A stretch of DNA of 64,000 nt from Myxococcota bacterium. Lineage in GTDB: Bacteria; Myxococcota_A; Polyangia; Polyangiales; Sandaracinaceae. The DNA lies in the NCBI GenBank assembly GCA_036149055.1, contig JAYZQJ010000227.1:78761-142760 (forward strand), written 5' to 3'. Positions 1 through 9,085 of this stretch are shown piece by piece. The position numbers were made by a program, and so were the translations under genes. Within the stretch, counting starts at the first letter, position 1. Each line of letters starts with the position of its first letter. The notes under the pieces were generated by a model, which was not told the origin of the DNA, ran no database searches, and saw nothing but the letters and a program-made list of their open reading frames with translations.

Positions 1-362
1 GCGTCGACCACCGGGAGGCAGTCGAAGCGCGCCTCGACCATCTTGCGGGCCGCGACCGAGATCGGCGTCTCCGGCAGCACGGTCTGGGGCTGCTGGGTCA
101 TGATCGCGCGGACGAAGGTGTTCGCCTTGTACATCGCGTCCTTCGAGGCGGCCGCGGGCCCGCGCTCGAGCTGGCTCACGGTGAAGCGGAAGAGATCCCG
201 CTGACTCAGCAGCCCCACCAGGGTGCGGTCGTCCACCACCGGGAGGTGACGGAAGCGGAATCGCTCCATGTCGAAGGCCACCTCGGCGAGGTTGTCCTCC
301 TCGTGAAGCACGACGACCTCGTCGGTCATGATCTCGCTGACGGTCCGGCTCATGGCCGTCAT
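1..362 (-). CDS. CBS-domain pair protein, 3' end truncated by the window edge
   Basis: Manual translation: MTAMSRTVSEIMTDEVVVLHEEDNLAEVAFDMERFRFRHLPVVDDRTLVGLLSQRD...VRAIMTQQPQTVLPETPISVAARKMVEARFDCLPVVD, two CBS repeats. Start is 362 or 353. Not in the ORF track. Confidence 0.85.
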   Translation of the reverse strand, partial: MTAMSRTVSEIMTDEVVVLHEEDNLAEVAFDMERFRFRHLPVVDDRTLVGLLSQRDLFRFTVSQLERGPAAASKDAMYKANTFVRAIMTQQPQTVLPETPISVAARKMVEARFDCLPVVD

Positions 363-399
363 GTTCCCACCGCCGAACGTCGCGCAATGGCGACAGTGA

Positions 400-1731
400 C
401 TAAATCAGCGGGCCGGTGCAGAAGCGTCGGTCGCCGAAGCAGTCGGTCTCGACCCCGAAGGCCTGCGCGATGCTGGTCAGCAGGTCGTTGTGGCTCGCGC
501 CGTCGAAACGCAGGTGACGCCCCATCTCGAAGCCGCCGCCGCCGCCCGCGAGCACGAAGGGCATGTTGCGTCGCTGATGGCTGTTGCCCTTGCCGAGCTC
601 GTTGCCCCACACGACGAGGGTGTTGTCGAGCAGGGTGCCGTCGCCCTCCGGGATCGCGTCGAGCTTGCCCAGGAGCGCCGCGAACTGCTCCGCGTACCAG
701 GTGTTGATCTGGGTGAGCTTCTCTTGCGCGCCGCCGTTGGAGTCGCCCTCGTGCGAGAGGTCGTGGTGGCGATCGGTGAAGCCGAGGTGCGGGAAGCTCA
801 TCTGACCGACCGAGCGGTTCCACTGCAGGCTGCCCACCCGGGTCAGGTCGCAGGCGAAGGCCATCGTCACCAGCTCGCTCATGTGGTCGACGAGCGCCGG
901 GAAGTGATCGGGGCTGCGCAGGTCGGTGATCGGGCTGCCGAGCTCGGGCGCGGCGCAGGCGGCGCCGAAGGCGGGCGAGGTCTCGAGCCGGCGCTCGAGC
1001 TCGCGGACCGACTCGAGGTGCGAGTCGAGCTTGCGGCGATCGTCGCTGCCCAGGCGAGGCCGGAGCCGGTCGAAGTCCTGGCGCGTGAAGTCGAGCACGC
1101 TGCGCCGGAGGGCCCGGCGTCGCTCCACCCCGGTGCGGTCCTCGCCGAGATCGCCGAAGAGCCGGTCGAACGCCTGCCAGGGGTCGTCCTCGGGCGGCAG
1201 GGGCTCCCCGGCCGCGCGGTAGACCATGCGCGTCCAGACGTTCTCCGCCCGCCCGACGTCGACGCCGAGCTCGATGGAGGGGAAGGTCGCGTCGGCGCCG
1301 ATCTGCCGCGCCACCGCCTGGTCGATGCTGAGGCTGCTCGCCCAGGAGACCGGCGGGCAGGAGTCGCAGCCACCCATGACGTCGCCGGGGAGGAGCTCCA
1401 CGCCGGTCCAGAGGCAGCCCATGCCCTTCTGGTGTCCGTCGCCGGGGCCGGTGTAGGAGATCTGCTGGTCGACGCCCTGCAGGATCAGGAGCTTCTCGCG
1501 GAACGGCTCGAGCGACGACAGGATGCGCTTCAGCCGGAAGCCCGAGCCGGTCTCGTCGGGGAAGAACTCGCCGGGGATGGTGCCGTTCGGGCTGAACACG
1601 AGCAGCAGCCGCTTGGGCGCGGCGGACGGCTGCGCCTCGCCCCGGAGGATCTTCCAGAAGGGCACGGTCAGGGCGGTCGCGCCGGCGGCGCCGACGAACC
1701 CGCGGCGGGTCCACTTCGTGAGCGGCTTCAT
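400..1731 (-). CDS. DUF1552-family protein with Tat-like signal
   Basis: N-terminal TRRGFVGAAG. Motifs PKRLLLVFSPNG, SIDQAVA, KLDSHLESVRELE, AFACDLTRV, TLLDNTLV are typical of DUF1552. Confidence 0.85.
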   Translation of the reverse strand: MKPLTKWTRRGFVGAAGATALTVPFWKILRGEAQPSAAPKRLLLVFSPNGTIPGEFFPDETGSGFRLKRILSSLEPFREKLLILQGVDQQISYTGPGDGHQKGMGCLWTGVELLPGDVMGGCDSCPPVSWASSLSIDQAVARQIGADATFPSIELGVDVGRAENVWTRMVYRAAGEPLPPEDDPWQAFDRLFGDLGEDRTGVERRRALRRSVLDFTRQDFDRLRPRLGSDDRRKLDSHLESVRELERRLETSPAFGAACAAPELGSPITDLRSPDHFPALVDHMSELVTMAFACDLTRVGSLQWNRSVGQMSFPHLGFTDRHHDLSHEGDSNGGAQEKLTQINTWYAEQFAALLGKLDAIPEGDGTLLDNTLVVWGNELGKGNSHQRRNMPFVLAGGGGGFEMGRHLRFDGASHNDLLTSIAQAFGVETDCFGDRRFCTGPLI

Positions 1732-1862
1732 GACTGACCTCGGTACTGGGGATCGACGGTCACGGGGACCTCGCGGGGTGGAGGAGGCGGCGGCTCGTCC
1801 TCGGTCTCGGGTCGACGCCAGCGGGGCGCGCGAAATCCAGCCCGACCGGTAGGCTCAATCAT
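1728..1862 (-). CDS. Putative 44-aa Pro-rich small protein
   Basis: MIEPTGRAGFRAPRWRRPETEDEPPPPPPREVPVTVDPQYRGQS*. Its ATG overlaps the upstream gene end and its TGA overlaps the downstream ATG. Confidence 0.35.
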   Translation of the reverse strand: MIEPTGRAGFRAPRWRRPETEDEPPPPPPREVPVTVDPQYRGQS

Positions 1863-3522
1863 GAGTCACCCCCGTGGGCACCCGCTGGTGGCGGAAGGCG
1901 TCGCTGAGGGCCACCGCGACCATCAGCTCGCGCAGGTCGTAGCCGGACTCGCGGAAGTCCTCCTGGAGCCGCTGCACCGAGCAGAGGTCCCACTCGGTCT
2001 CGGTGCGGCCCATGGCGTATCGGAAGAGCTGCATGGCGACGCACTCGCGGACCTGCAGGCTCCCCGCGAGCTGCCCGGCCAGCTCGGGCACCCCCTCGAA
2101 GGGGCCGTCGGCGTCGACGGTGGCGTGGACCGCGCCGCTCGCGTCGACCGGGACGCCTTCGTCGAGCTCGCGCCACCGGCCCATCGCGTCGTAGTGCTCG
2201 AAGCCGAAGCCGATCGGGTCCATGAGCTGGTGGCAGCCGCGGCAGCGCTCGTTGGTGCTGTGCTCCGCGAAGCGCTCGCGGGTCGTCAGGCCGGGCGCGG
2301 GATCGGGCGCCACCACCGCGATGTCGTCGGGCGGGGGCGGGAGCTGCTGGCAGAGCAGGCGGGTCCGGACGAACAGCCCGCGGTGGATCGGGTCGCTCTG
2401 GTTGGGCTTGGCGAGCACGGTGAGCAGGCCCGGCTGGGTCAGCAGCCCCGCGCGCTGCGCCGGGTCGAGCTCCACGCGCTGGAGCGCGTCGCCTTCGATC
2501 CCCTCGATGCCGTACGCCCGGGCGAGCGGCCCGTCGACGTAGGTGTGGGTGCCGAGCAGCAGGGTGTCGACGTCGGTGCCCTCCTCGCCGAGGAAGGCGT
2601 CCTGGACGTAGCGCTCGACCGACGCGCGGAGCCGGGCCCCGGTGCCGTCCGCGAACTCGGGGTAGCGCTCCGCGTCGCGCCGGGCGCCGTCGAGCACGTC
2701 GAGGTGGAGCCACTGCCGGGCGAAGTCCCGCACGCCGGCGACCGCGCGCTCGTCGTCGAGCAGGCGCCGGGCCTCGGCCTCGAGCCCCTCGGGCGTCGCG
2801 AGCCGCCCCGCGCCGGCCGCCTCGAGGAGGGCGTCGTCGGGGATCGAGCCCCAGAGGAAGAACGAGAGCCGGCTCGCGACCGCGAAGTCGTCGAGGGCCA
2901 CGGTGTCACCCGCCCGGCCGGCCAGCTCGGGCGCCGCCTCGACGTGATAGAGGAAGCTCGGCGCGCTCAGCACCCCCTGCACGACCGTCTGGATCCCGGT
3001 CCGGAAGTCGTAGGCGCGCCCCACCTCGTAGAGGGCGAACAGCCGGTCCGCTTCGACCGGGTCGAGCGGCCGCCGGAAGGCGCGCATGCCGAAGCGCGCG
3101 ATGAACTCCCGCGCGCAGGTCTCCTCGCCGCTCGCGGCCACGTCGCACTCGAGCAGCGCCTCGAAGCGGGTCGAGACCGCCTGCTCGGCCAGGCTCTCGG
3201 CCGCGTCGACGTACTGCTCGGCGAGCAGCGGTGATACCCGGGAGCCGACCTCGTACCCGCTGGTGTCGTCGTCGGCCGCGAAGTCGCGGGCCGCGCGCGC
3301 CTCGAACCCGAGCAGCTGGGTCGTCGCCCGATCGTACTCGGCGCGCGTCAGGTGCCGCAGCGGCGCGAGGTCCACCTGGGGCAGGTCACACCCCGCGGCC
3401 GGCCCCGGTCCGTCGTCTCCCGGTCGGAACGGCCGCTCGCCCCCGGGCGGCAGGACGGAGCCCTGACACCCGAGCAGCAGGAGCGCCAACCACGCGTGTG
3501 CCCGCGACATGGGGACGCTCAT
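1855..3522 (-). CDS. DUF1592/DUF1588/DUF1585-type lipoprotein with CxxCH motif
   Basis: Lipobox-like LLLLGC. Motifs LRHLTRAEY, AFRRPL, ASRLSFFLWGSIPDD, SDPIHRG, CRGCH..DPIGFGFEHYD. Start is 3522 or 3510. Usual partner of DUF1552. Confidence 0.85.
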   Translation of the reverse strand: MSVPMSRAHAWLALLLLGCQGSVLPPGGERPFRPGDDGPGPAAGCDLPQVDLAPLRHLTRAEYDRATTQLLGFEARAARDFAADDDTSGYEVGSRVSPLLAEQYVDAAESLAEQAVSTRFEALLECDVAASGEETCAREFIARFGMRAFRRPLDPVEADRLFALYEVGRAYDFRTGIQTVVQGVLSAPSFLYHVEAAPELAGRAGDTVALDDFAVASRLSFFLWGSIPDDALLEAAGAGRLATPEGLEAEARRLLDDERAVAGVRDFARQWLHLDVLDGARRDAERYPEFADGTGARLRASVERYVQDAFLGEEGTDVDTLLLGTHTYVDGPLARAYGIEGIEGDALQRVELDPAQRAGLLTQPGLLTVLAKPNQSDPIHRGLFVRTRLLCQQLPPPPDDIAVVAPDPAPGLTTRERFAEHSTNERCRGCHQLMDPIGFGFEHYDAMGRWRELDEGVPVDASGAVHATVDADGPFEGVPELAGQLAGSLQVRECVAMQLFRYAMGRTETEWDLCSVQRLQEDFRESGYDLRELMVAVALSDAFRHQRVPTGVTHD

Positions 3523-3676
3523 CCGCAAGCGGCGGGCCACGCCGGCGCGAGCCCATGCGAGCGAGCAGGGCGCGGATCGGCCGGGATCCGGCCTGGCACG
3601 GAGCGCGGGGTGCTCCGCCCGAGGAAAGTGGAGCGCTCCACGCTCCGCCGGGCGCGTTTGGACCCAGAGCTGCGTC

Positions 3677-4117
3677 GTGCGCGCGCTCCTCCTCACCCAC
3701 CTGGCGACGACCCTCGGCATGGTCGCCGTGATCTGGTTCGTGCAGCTCGTCCACTACCCGCTCTTCGCCCGGGTCGGGGCGCGCGAGTTCCCGGTCTACG
3801 AGGCGTGGCACCAGACCCGGATCTCCTGGATCGTGGTGCCGCTGATGCTCGCCGAGCTCGGCACCGCGGGGCTCCTCGCGCTCCACGGCGAGCTCCCCTG
3901 GGCGCCGCGGTGGGAGCGGGTCGCGGGGCTCGGGCTGGTGCTGGCGGTCTGGGGGGTGACCTTCTTCCTGTCCGTGCCCGAGCACCGCCAGCTCTCGGGC
4001 GGGTTCGACCCCGACGCGCTCCGCCGCCTGGTCGGCACCAACTGGCTGCGCACCCTCGGCTGGACGGCGCGAGGCGCCCTGGTCTGCGCCTGGACCTGGC
4101 GAGCGCTGAGCGTCTGA
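3677..4117 (+). CDS. Small integral membrane protein (about 4 TM)
   Basis: Hydrophobic ORF with IWFVQLVHYPLF and LVGTNWLRT. GTG start at 3677 is inferred. Confidence 0.7.
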   Translation: MRALLLTHLATTLGMVAVIWFVQLVHYPLFARVGAREFPVYEAWHQTRISWIVVPLMLAELGTAGLLALHGELPWAPRWERVAGLGLVLAVWGVTFFLSVPEHRQLSGGFDPDALRRLVGTNWLRTLGWTARGALVCAWTWRALSV

Positions 4118-4121
4118 GCCG

Positions 4122-4898
4122 CTAGCGTCCCTCGAACCGGGGATCGCGCTTCTCGAGCAGGGCCGCCATGCCCTCCTCGGCGTCGACGGTCGCGACGGTC
4201 ACCGCCTGAGCGTATGCCTCTCGATACGCCGCGGTGCGCGGCTCCCAGCCGAGGCCTTGCCGGAGGCTGGCCTTGGTGGTGCGGATCGCGATGGGCGCGT
4301 TCGACGCGATGGTCCGGGCCACCTCCATCGCCTCGGGCACCGGGTCGTCCGAGGCGGCGTTGAACAGTCCCGCCGCCGCTCCCTCGGCGCCGTCGAAGAG
4401 CCGCCCCGTGTAGAGCCACTCGCTCGCCTTCGGCAGCCCGACGAGGCGAGGGAGCACGTAGCTCACCGCCATGCCCGGGTGCAGCCCGAGCCGGGTGAAG
4501 TTCGCGCCGTACTTCGCGTCGCTGCGGGCGTATCGAAGATCACACATCAACGCGAGCCCGAAGCCCCCGCCGATCGCGTGCCCGTTGAGCGCGCCCACCA
4601 CCGGCACCTCGACGTCGAGCAGGCTCAGGAACGGCTCGTACATCGCGTACGATCGCTCGTGCGGCTGCCGGCCCGGCTGCTCCCGCTGGATCTGCGACTT
4701 GAAGTCGGCGCCGGCCGAGAACGACCGCCCCTCCCCGGTCACCACGAGGCAGCGCAGCCCCTGGTCGCCCCGGGCCTCGCGCACCCGCGCCGCGAAGCCC
4801 TCGAGCAGCTCCTCGGTCATCGAGTTCCGGTTGTCCGGCCGGTTCAGGGTGATCACCCCGACCCCGCCGTCCCGCTCGTATCGCACCGCGTCGCTCAT
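4122..4898 (-). CDS. Enoyl-CoA hydratase/isomerase (crotonase) family protein
   Basis: ITLNRPDNRNSM, FSAGADF, ALNGHAIGGGFGLAL.CDLR, EGMAALLEKRDPRFEGR. Confidence 0.92.
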   Translation of the reverse strand: MSDAVRYERDGGVGVITLNRPDNRNSMTEELLEGFAARVREARGDQGLRCLVVTGEGRSFSAGADFKSQIQREQPGRQPHERSYAMYEPFLSLLDVEVPVVGALNGHAIGGGFGLALMCDLRYARSDAKYGANFTRLGLHPGMAVSYVLPRLVGLPKASEWLYTGRLFDGAEGAAAGLFNAASDDPVPEAMEVARTIASNAPIAIRTTKASLRQGLGWEPRTAAYREAYAQAVTVATVDAEEGMAALLEKRDPRFEGR

Positions 4899-4934
4899 GC
4901 GCCTCGATACCACGCCAACGCCATTGGCGGGGAG

Positions 4935-4975
4935 TGGCAGCGCGCTTGCCCGATTGTCTTCGGCATCGAAGTTGC
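4935..4975 (+). promoter_or_regulatory. Two tandem sigma54-type (-24/-12) motifs
   Basis: TGGCAGCGCGCTTGC (4935-4949) and CGGCATCGAAGTTGC (4961-4975), both GG-N10-GC, upstream of the ORF at 4989. Confidence 0.45.
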
Positions 4976-4988
4976 CCCCGACGCCAGC

Positions 4989-5408
4989 GTGCGCTGGCCT
5001 TCGCTCCTCTGCACCCTCGGTCTGTTCAGTTGCGCCGCTCCCGTGGGCGAGGCGCCCGAGTGCCGACACGGCCAGCTCATCCTCCGGGCGCAGACCGTAG
5101 GGGAGCCGGCCCCAGTACCGCTGTGCCTGCCGCGAGCCCCGCTGCGGCGTGCGGACGGTAGCCCCGTGTGCACGCTGATCGAGCGCCGTTTCGGGGAAGG
5201 GGCGTGCGATGACGTCGAGGGACGCGTCCGCCTGAGCCCCGATGATCCCCGAACCTGCGAGGTCGTCGGGCTGCTGTTGCTGTCGCCCGACGCCGAAGCG
5301 TGCTGGAACGCGGCCGCCGCCCTCCAGGTCGATCCGACCACTCCGCCCGACACCGATCTCGAGCTCCGTTGCCAGACCGAGCTCAGCGCTCCCGTGCCGT
5401 GTGAGTGA
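4989..5408 (+). CDS. Hypothetical Cys-rich putative lipoprotein
   Basis: VRWPSLLCTLGLFSC signal/lipobox-like start, multiple Cys, fills an intergenic gap. Confidence 0.5.
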   Translation: MRWPSLLCTLGLFSCAAPVGEAPECRHGQLILRAQTVGEPAPVPLCLPRAPLRRADGSPVCTLIERRFGEGACDDVEGRVRLSPDDPRTCEVVGLLLLSPDAEACWNAAAALQVDPTTPPDTDLELRCQTELSAPVPCE

Positions 5409-5425
5409 GACAGCAGCGCGCGGTG

Positions 5426-6862
5426 CTAGGAGGACCAGAGATCGGCGGCGAGGTGGTCGACGTAGGCGACGGCTTCGAGGCCGGTGGGGAGGCCGGCGAG
5501 GCGGCGGAGCTCCTCGTCGGGCTCTTCGCTCGCCTGGAGGCGCAGGGTCACGATGGCGTCGCGGCGGGCCTGGTCGATCCGGGCGCGCTCGGCGTCGGTG
5601 AGCTGGGGCTCGAGCCAGGCGGCGACCGCCCAGCTGAGCTCGGCGTGTCGGATCTCGTCGTCGGCGATCTCTCGCATCGCCGCCGCGATCTCGGCGTCCT
5701 CCGCGCGGAGCGCCTGGTGCGCGCCCACCAGGGCGCCGAAGGTCTCACGAACGCAACCTTCCACCGCGTTCTCCAGCGCGATCTCGAAGGCGCTGCGGGG
5801 GCGGCGGGCGTCGATCGTCGGCTCGAGGCCGACTGCGCCGTACCTCGAAGCGACCGCGCCCATCGCGTCCGCGTGCCGCACCTCGTCCGCCCGCGCCTCG
5901 CGCGCCCGGGCCAGCAGCGCGTCCGGGGCGCCGAGCGCTCCGAGCTCGTCGATCAGCACGTCGAAGGCGGCCACCGCGCTCGCCTCGAGGCGAGCCACGT
6001 GTCCGAACCAGCGGCCGACGGTGTCCCGCGCCGAGTCGTCCGCGCGCAGGCCCTCGGGGCGCCGACCGATGCAGCCGAAGTCCTCCTCGCGCGCCACCTC
6101 GCGCTCGTCCTCGAGCGTCATCTCCCCGCCCGGGCTCACGTGGAAGGTGAAGCGGGTGGTGATCCAGGGCGAGCCGCAGCCGCCTCCCGCCTGATACGCG
6201 TAGACCCGGTAGCCGTCGCCCAGGGTCTCCACCGACGAGAGGTGCTCGCCGGCGCAGTAGATGTCGTAGCCGGCGTGCCAGACGAGCAGCGCGGCCTCGT
6301 TCGGGGTGTCGATGGTGCCCAGGAACGCGAGCACCTCGGCCGGCTCGATCCGCGCCTGGATCTCGTCGCCGTCGGTGCTCAGGAGCACGTTCTGCCAGAT
6401 CTCGTTCGTCCGCTCGTCGAACCGGGTCTCGCAGCCGGCGCGGTCGGAGGCGTCCCCGCAGCGCTCTCCGGTCTCGTGGATCGGCGCGAGCGGCGCCCGG
6501 CCGAGCCCGACGCCCCAGGCCCCGAGGTAGTGCGGGGCGCTCGCCGCGTTCAACCCGTCCACCGCCCGATACTGCCCGTCGGCGCAGAGCACCGCGGGAG
6601 GCGGCGGAGGCGGCGGCGGCGGCGGCGGCGGCATGTCGGCGTCGACGACCTGCGCGTCGCCGCCCACCCCCGAGTCGGCCACCCCGGAGTCCACGCTCCC
6701 GTGGCTCATGTTGCAACCCGCCAGGACCGCGGCGGTCACCGAGGCGTGCGCGAGCTTGCGCAGGTAGTCGCCGAACGACGGCGCCCCGCCGTGGCGCGCG
6801 ATGAGCGCCCGGAGCGTGCGCCGGGCGGGGTTGTCGTGGTCGAAGGGTCGTCGAGCCGTCAT
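5426..6862 (-). CDS. Myxobacterial-type lipoprotein with C-terminal ferritin-like domain
   Basis: VLAGC lipobox, poly-Pro linker, GRRPEGL motif, then LEASAVAAF, DEVRHA, ENAVEGCVRET, DEIRHAELSW (ExxH di-iron-type pairs). The true start is within the long 5426..9040 ORF. Confidence 0.85.
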   Translation of the reverse strand: MTARRPFDHDNPARRTLRALIARHGGAPSFGDYLRKLAHASVTAAVLAGCNMSHGSVDSGVADSGVGGDAQVVDADMPPPPPPPPPPPPAVLCADGQYRAVDGLNAASAPHYLGAWGVGLGRAPLAPIHETGERCGDASDRAGCETRFDERTNEIWQNVLLSTDGDEIQARIEPAEVLAFLGTIDTPNEAALLVWHAGYDIYCAGEHLSSVETLGDGYRVYAYQAGGGCGSPWITTRFTFHVSPGGEMTLEDEREVAREEDFGCIGRRPEGLRADDSARDTVGRWFGHVARLEASAVAAFDVLIDELGALGAPDALLARAREARADEVRHADAMGAVASRYGAVGLEPTIDARRPRSAFEIALENAVEGCVRETFGALVGAHQALRAEDAEIAAAMREIADDEIRHAELSWAVAAWLEPQLTDAERARIDQARRDAIVTLRLQASEEPDEELRRLAGLPTGLEAVAYVDHLAADLWSS

Positions 6863-6877
6863 GAGCGGAGTCGAGCA

Positions 6878-6892
6878 GCATCGCGCGTGCCA
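6878..6892 (-). promoter_or_regulatory. Sigma54-type promoter motif
   Basis: Minus strand TGGCACGCGCGATGC (GG-N10-GC), just upstream of ATG 6862. Confidence 0.55.
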
Positions 6893-6942
6893 CGAGGGGA
6901 CGTGGGCGATCGGCCGGGAGGCCAGGCACAACCCGGCACGCT

Positions 6943-9069
6943 TCAGGCCACCTCGACCGGGATCCCGCTGAGCACCGCGTTGCCGCTGAGCGCGTCGACG
7001 CGGCGGTCGTCGGTCAGGTCGTTGAGGCTCGCGCCGGCGTGGGCCCGGGCCACCTCGAGGCGCACCCCCTCGCGGTCGTGGCCGAAGCCGTGCGGCAGGC
7101 TCACCACGCCCGGCATCACGTCCTCGGTCAGCTCGACCGGGACGGTCACCGCGCCGGTGCGCGAGCGGACCTCGACCTCGTCGCCGTCGTCGATGCGGCG
7201 CGCCTCGGCGTCCTCGGGGTGCATGAGCAGGGTACAGATCGGCTTGCCCGCCATCAGCTTCGGCACGTTGTGCATCCAGCTGTTGTTGCTCCGGAGGTGG
7301 CGCCGCCCGATCAGGCTCAGCCCGCGCACCCGACCGCCGCTCCCCTCGAGCCGGGGCAGGTCGTCGAGGAAGCGCTTCGGCGCGATGTCGAGCTTCTCCC
7401 GCCACGGCTTCATGCGGCCCGGGAGCTGCGACTCGAGCGGCCCGAGGTCGACGCCGTGCGGACGCTTCTCGAGCGCCGACACGCTGAGCCCGCGCCGCGG
7501 CGGCCAGGCGCGCGCGCCGTGGGGGCCGAGCCGGAGGCCGAGATCGACGATCGCCTCGGGGCCGAGCCGCTTCATCGCCGCGTACCGGACGCGCTTGCCG
7601 GCCGTGAGGGTGCCGCGCCGCCGCTCGAGGCGCTCGACCAGCTCGATCAGGATGCGGTGCTCCGGCATGCCCTTCGGGGCGAAGAGCGGCGGCGCGTACT
7701 TCGCGGTGTTGCGCACCGCGAGGTGATGGAAGGCGACGTCGTAGTGGGGCCGCTCGAGGGGCGACGGCGGCGGCAGGATCACGCTCGCGTGGCGTGTGGT
7801 CTCGTTCACGTAGAAGTCGACGCAGACCACGTGCTCCAGCCCGGCGATCGCCCGGTCGAGCTGCCCGCCGTTCGGGGTCGAGAGCACCGGGTTGCCCGCG
7901 CTGGTGATCAGGGCCCTCACCTGGCCCTCGCCTTCGGTGAGCATCTCTTCGGCCAGCACCGCGACCGGCAGCTCCCCGTTGTGCTCGGGCAGCCCGCGCA
8001 CCCGGCTGCTCCAGCGCCCGAACGAGCCGCGGCCGATGCCGAAACCGAGCGGCGCGTTCACCGCGTCGACCGCCGGGGTGGTCAGCATCGCGCCGCCGGG
8101 GCGGTCGAAGTTGCCGGTCACGAGGTTGATCGCCTGGATCAGCCACTGGCAGAGGCCGCCGAACTCCTGGGTCGAGCAGCCGAAGCGCCCGTAGACGACC
8201 GCGCGCTCGGCCGCGCAGAGCTCGTTCGCCATCGAGACGAGGGTGTCCTCGTCGATCTCGGTGCGCTCCGCGGCGCGCTCGGGCGTGAAGGGCTCCATCG
8301 CCTCGCGCAGCGCGTCCATGCCCTCGACGTGCCCCTCGAGGTGGCCGAGCCCGCGGCCCGCCCGGAGCGCCACGTGCAAGATCGCCGCGAGCAGCCAGGC
8401 GTCGGTCCCCGGCCGGATGAAGCAGTGCGCGTCGGCCATCTTGGCGGTCTCGGTGCGGCGGGGATCGATCACCACCACCTTGCCCCCGCGCTCCTGGATC
8501 GCCTTCAGCCGCCGCTTCACGTCGGGGGCGCTCATCAGGCTGCCGTTCGACGCCAGGGGGTTGGCGCCGAGGATCACCATGTGGTCCGTGCGGTCGATGT
8601 CGGGGATCGGCAGCAGGAACTGGTGGCCGAGCATGAAGTGCGCGGCGAGGTGATGGGGGAGCTGGTCGACGCTGGTCGCCGAGTACTTGTTCTTCGTCTT
8701 CAGGGCCCGCATCAGCATCGGCGCGAAGAGCGCGGCCGGGAGCGAGTGCACGGTGGGGTTGCCGAGGTACATCGCGACCGCGTCGCGCCCGTGCGCCTCC
8801 TGCACCCGGTGGATCCCCTCGGCGGCGAGCTCGAGCGCCTCCTCCCAGCCGCACTCCACGAAGCGCCCGCCCTCCTTCTTGAGCGGCGCGCGCAGTCGAT
8901 CCGGGTCGGCGTGCAGCCCCGCGAGCGCGGGCCCCTTGGGGCACACGTAGCCCTGCGAGAAGGGATCCTCCCGGTCCCCTCGGATCGACACCACGCGCTC
9001 GCCGTCGGTCTCGATCGCGAGCCCGCACATCGCCTCGCACAGCGGGCAGCTCCGGAAGTGCTCCGTCAT
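6943..9069 (-). CDS. Molybdopterin (bis-MGD) oxidoreductase, cytoplasmic, with N-terminal 4Fe-4S motif
   Basis: CPLCEAMCG...CPKG, ILGANP, VVIDPRRTETA, IRPGTD, GNP, C-terminal NSWMHN..MHPEDA..PGVVSLPHG. No Tat signal. Confidence 0.93.
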   Translation of the reverse strand: MTEHFRSCPLCEAMCGLAIETDGERVVSIRGDREDPFSQGYVCPKGPALAGLHADPDRLRAPLKKEGGRFVECGWEEALELAAEGIHRVQEAHGRDAVAMYLGNPTVHSLPAALFAPMLMRALKTKNKYSATSVDQLPHHLAAHFMLGHQFLLPIPDIDRTDHMVILGANPLASNGSLMSAPDVKRRLKAIQERGGKVVVIDPRRTETAKMADAHCFIRPGTDAWLLAAILHVALRAGRGLGHLEGHVEGMDALREAMEPFTPERAAERTEIDEDTLVSMANELCAAERAVVYGRFGCSTQEFGGLCQWLIQAINLVTGNFDRPGGAMLTTPAVDAVNAPLGFGIGRGSFGRWSSRVRGLPEHNGELPVAVLAEEMLTEGEGQVRALITSAGNPVLSTPNGGQLDRAIAGLEHVVCVDFYVNETTRHASVILPPPSPLERPHYDVAFHHLAVRNTAKYAPPLFAPKGMPEHRILIELVERLERRRGTLTAGKRVRYAAMKRLGPEAIVDLGLRLGPHGARAWPPRRGLSVSALEKRPHGVDLGPLESQLPGRMKPWREKLDIAPKRFLDDLPRLEGSGGRVRGLSLIGRRHLRSNNSWMHNVPKLMAGKPICTLLMHPEDAEARRIDDGDEVEVRSRTGAVTVPVELTEDVMPGVVSLPHGFGHDREGVRLEVARAHAGASLNDLTDDRRVDALSGNAVLSGIPVEVA

Positions 9070-9085
9070 GCCCGAAGGGTAGCGG

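Noticed and set aside
3593..3610. Sigma54 promoter at TGGCACGG
   Set aside because: No GC at the -12 position.
5426..9040. 1204-aa ORF as a single protein
   Set aside because: Its N-terminal part is an Arg-rich off-frame overlap of the molybdoenzyme gene. Only 5426..6862 looks coding.
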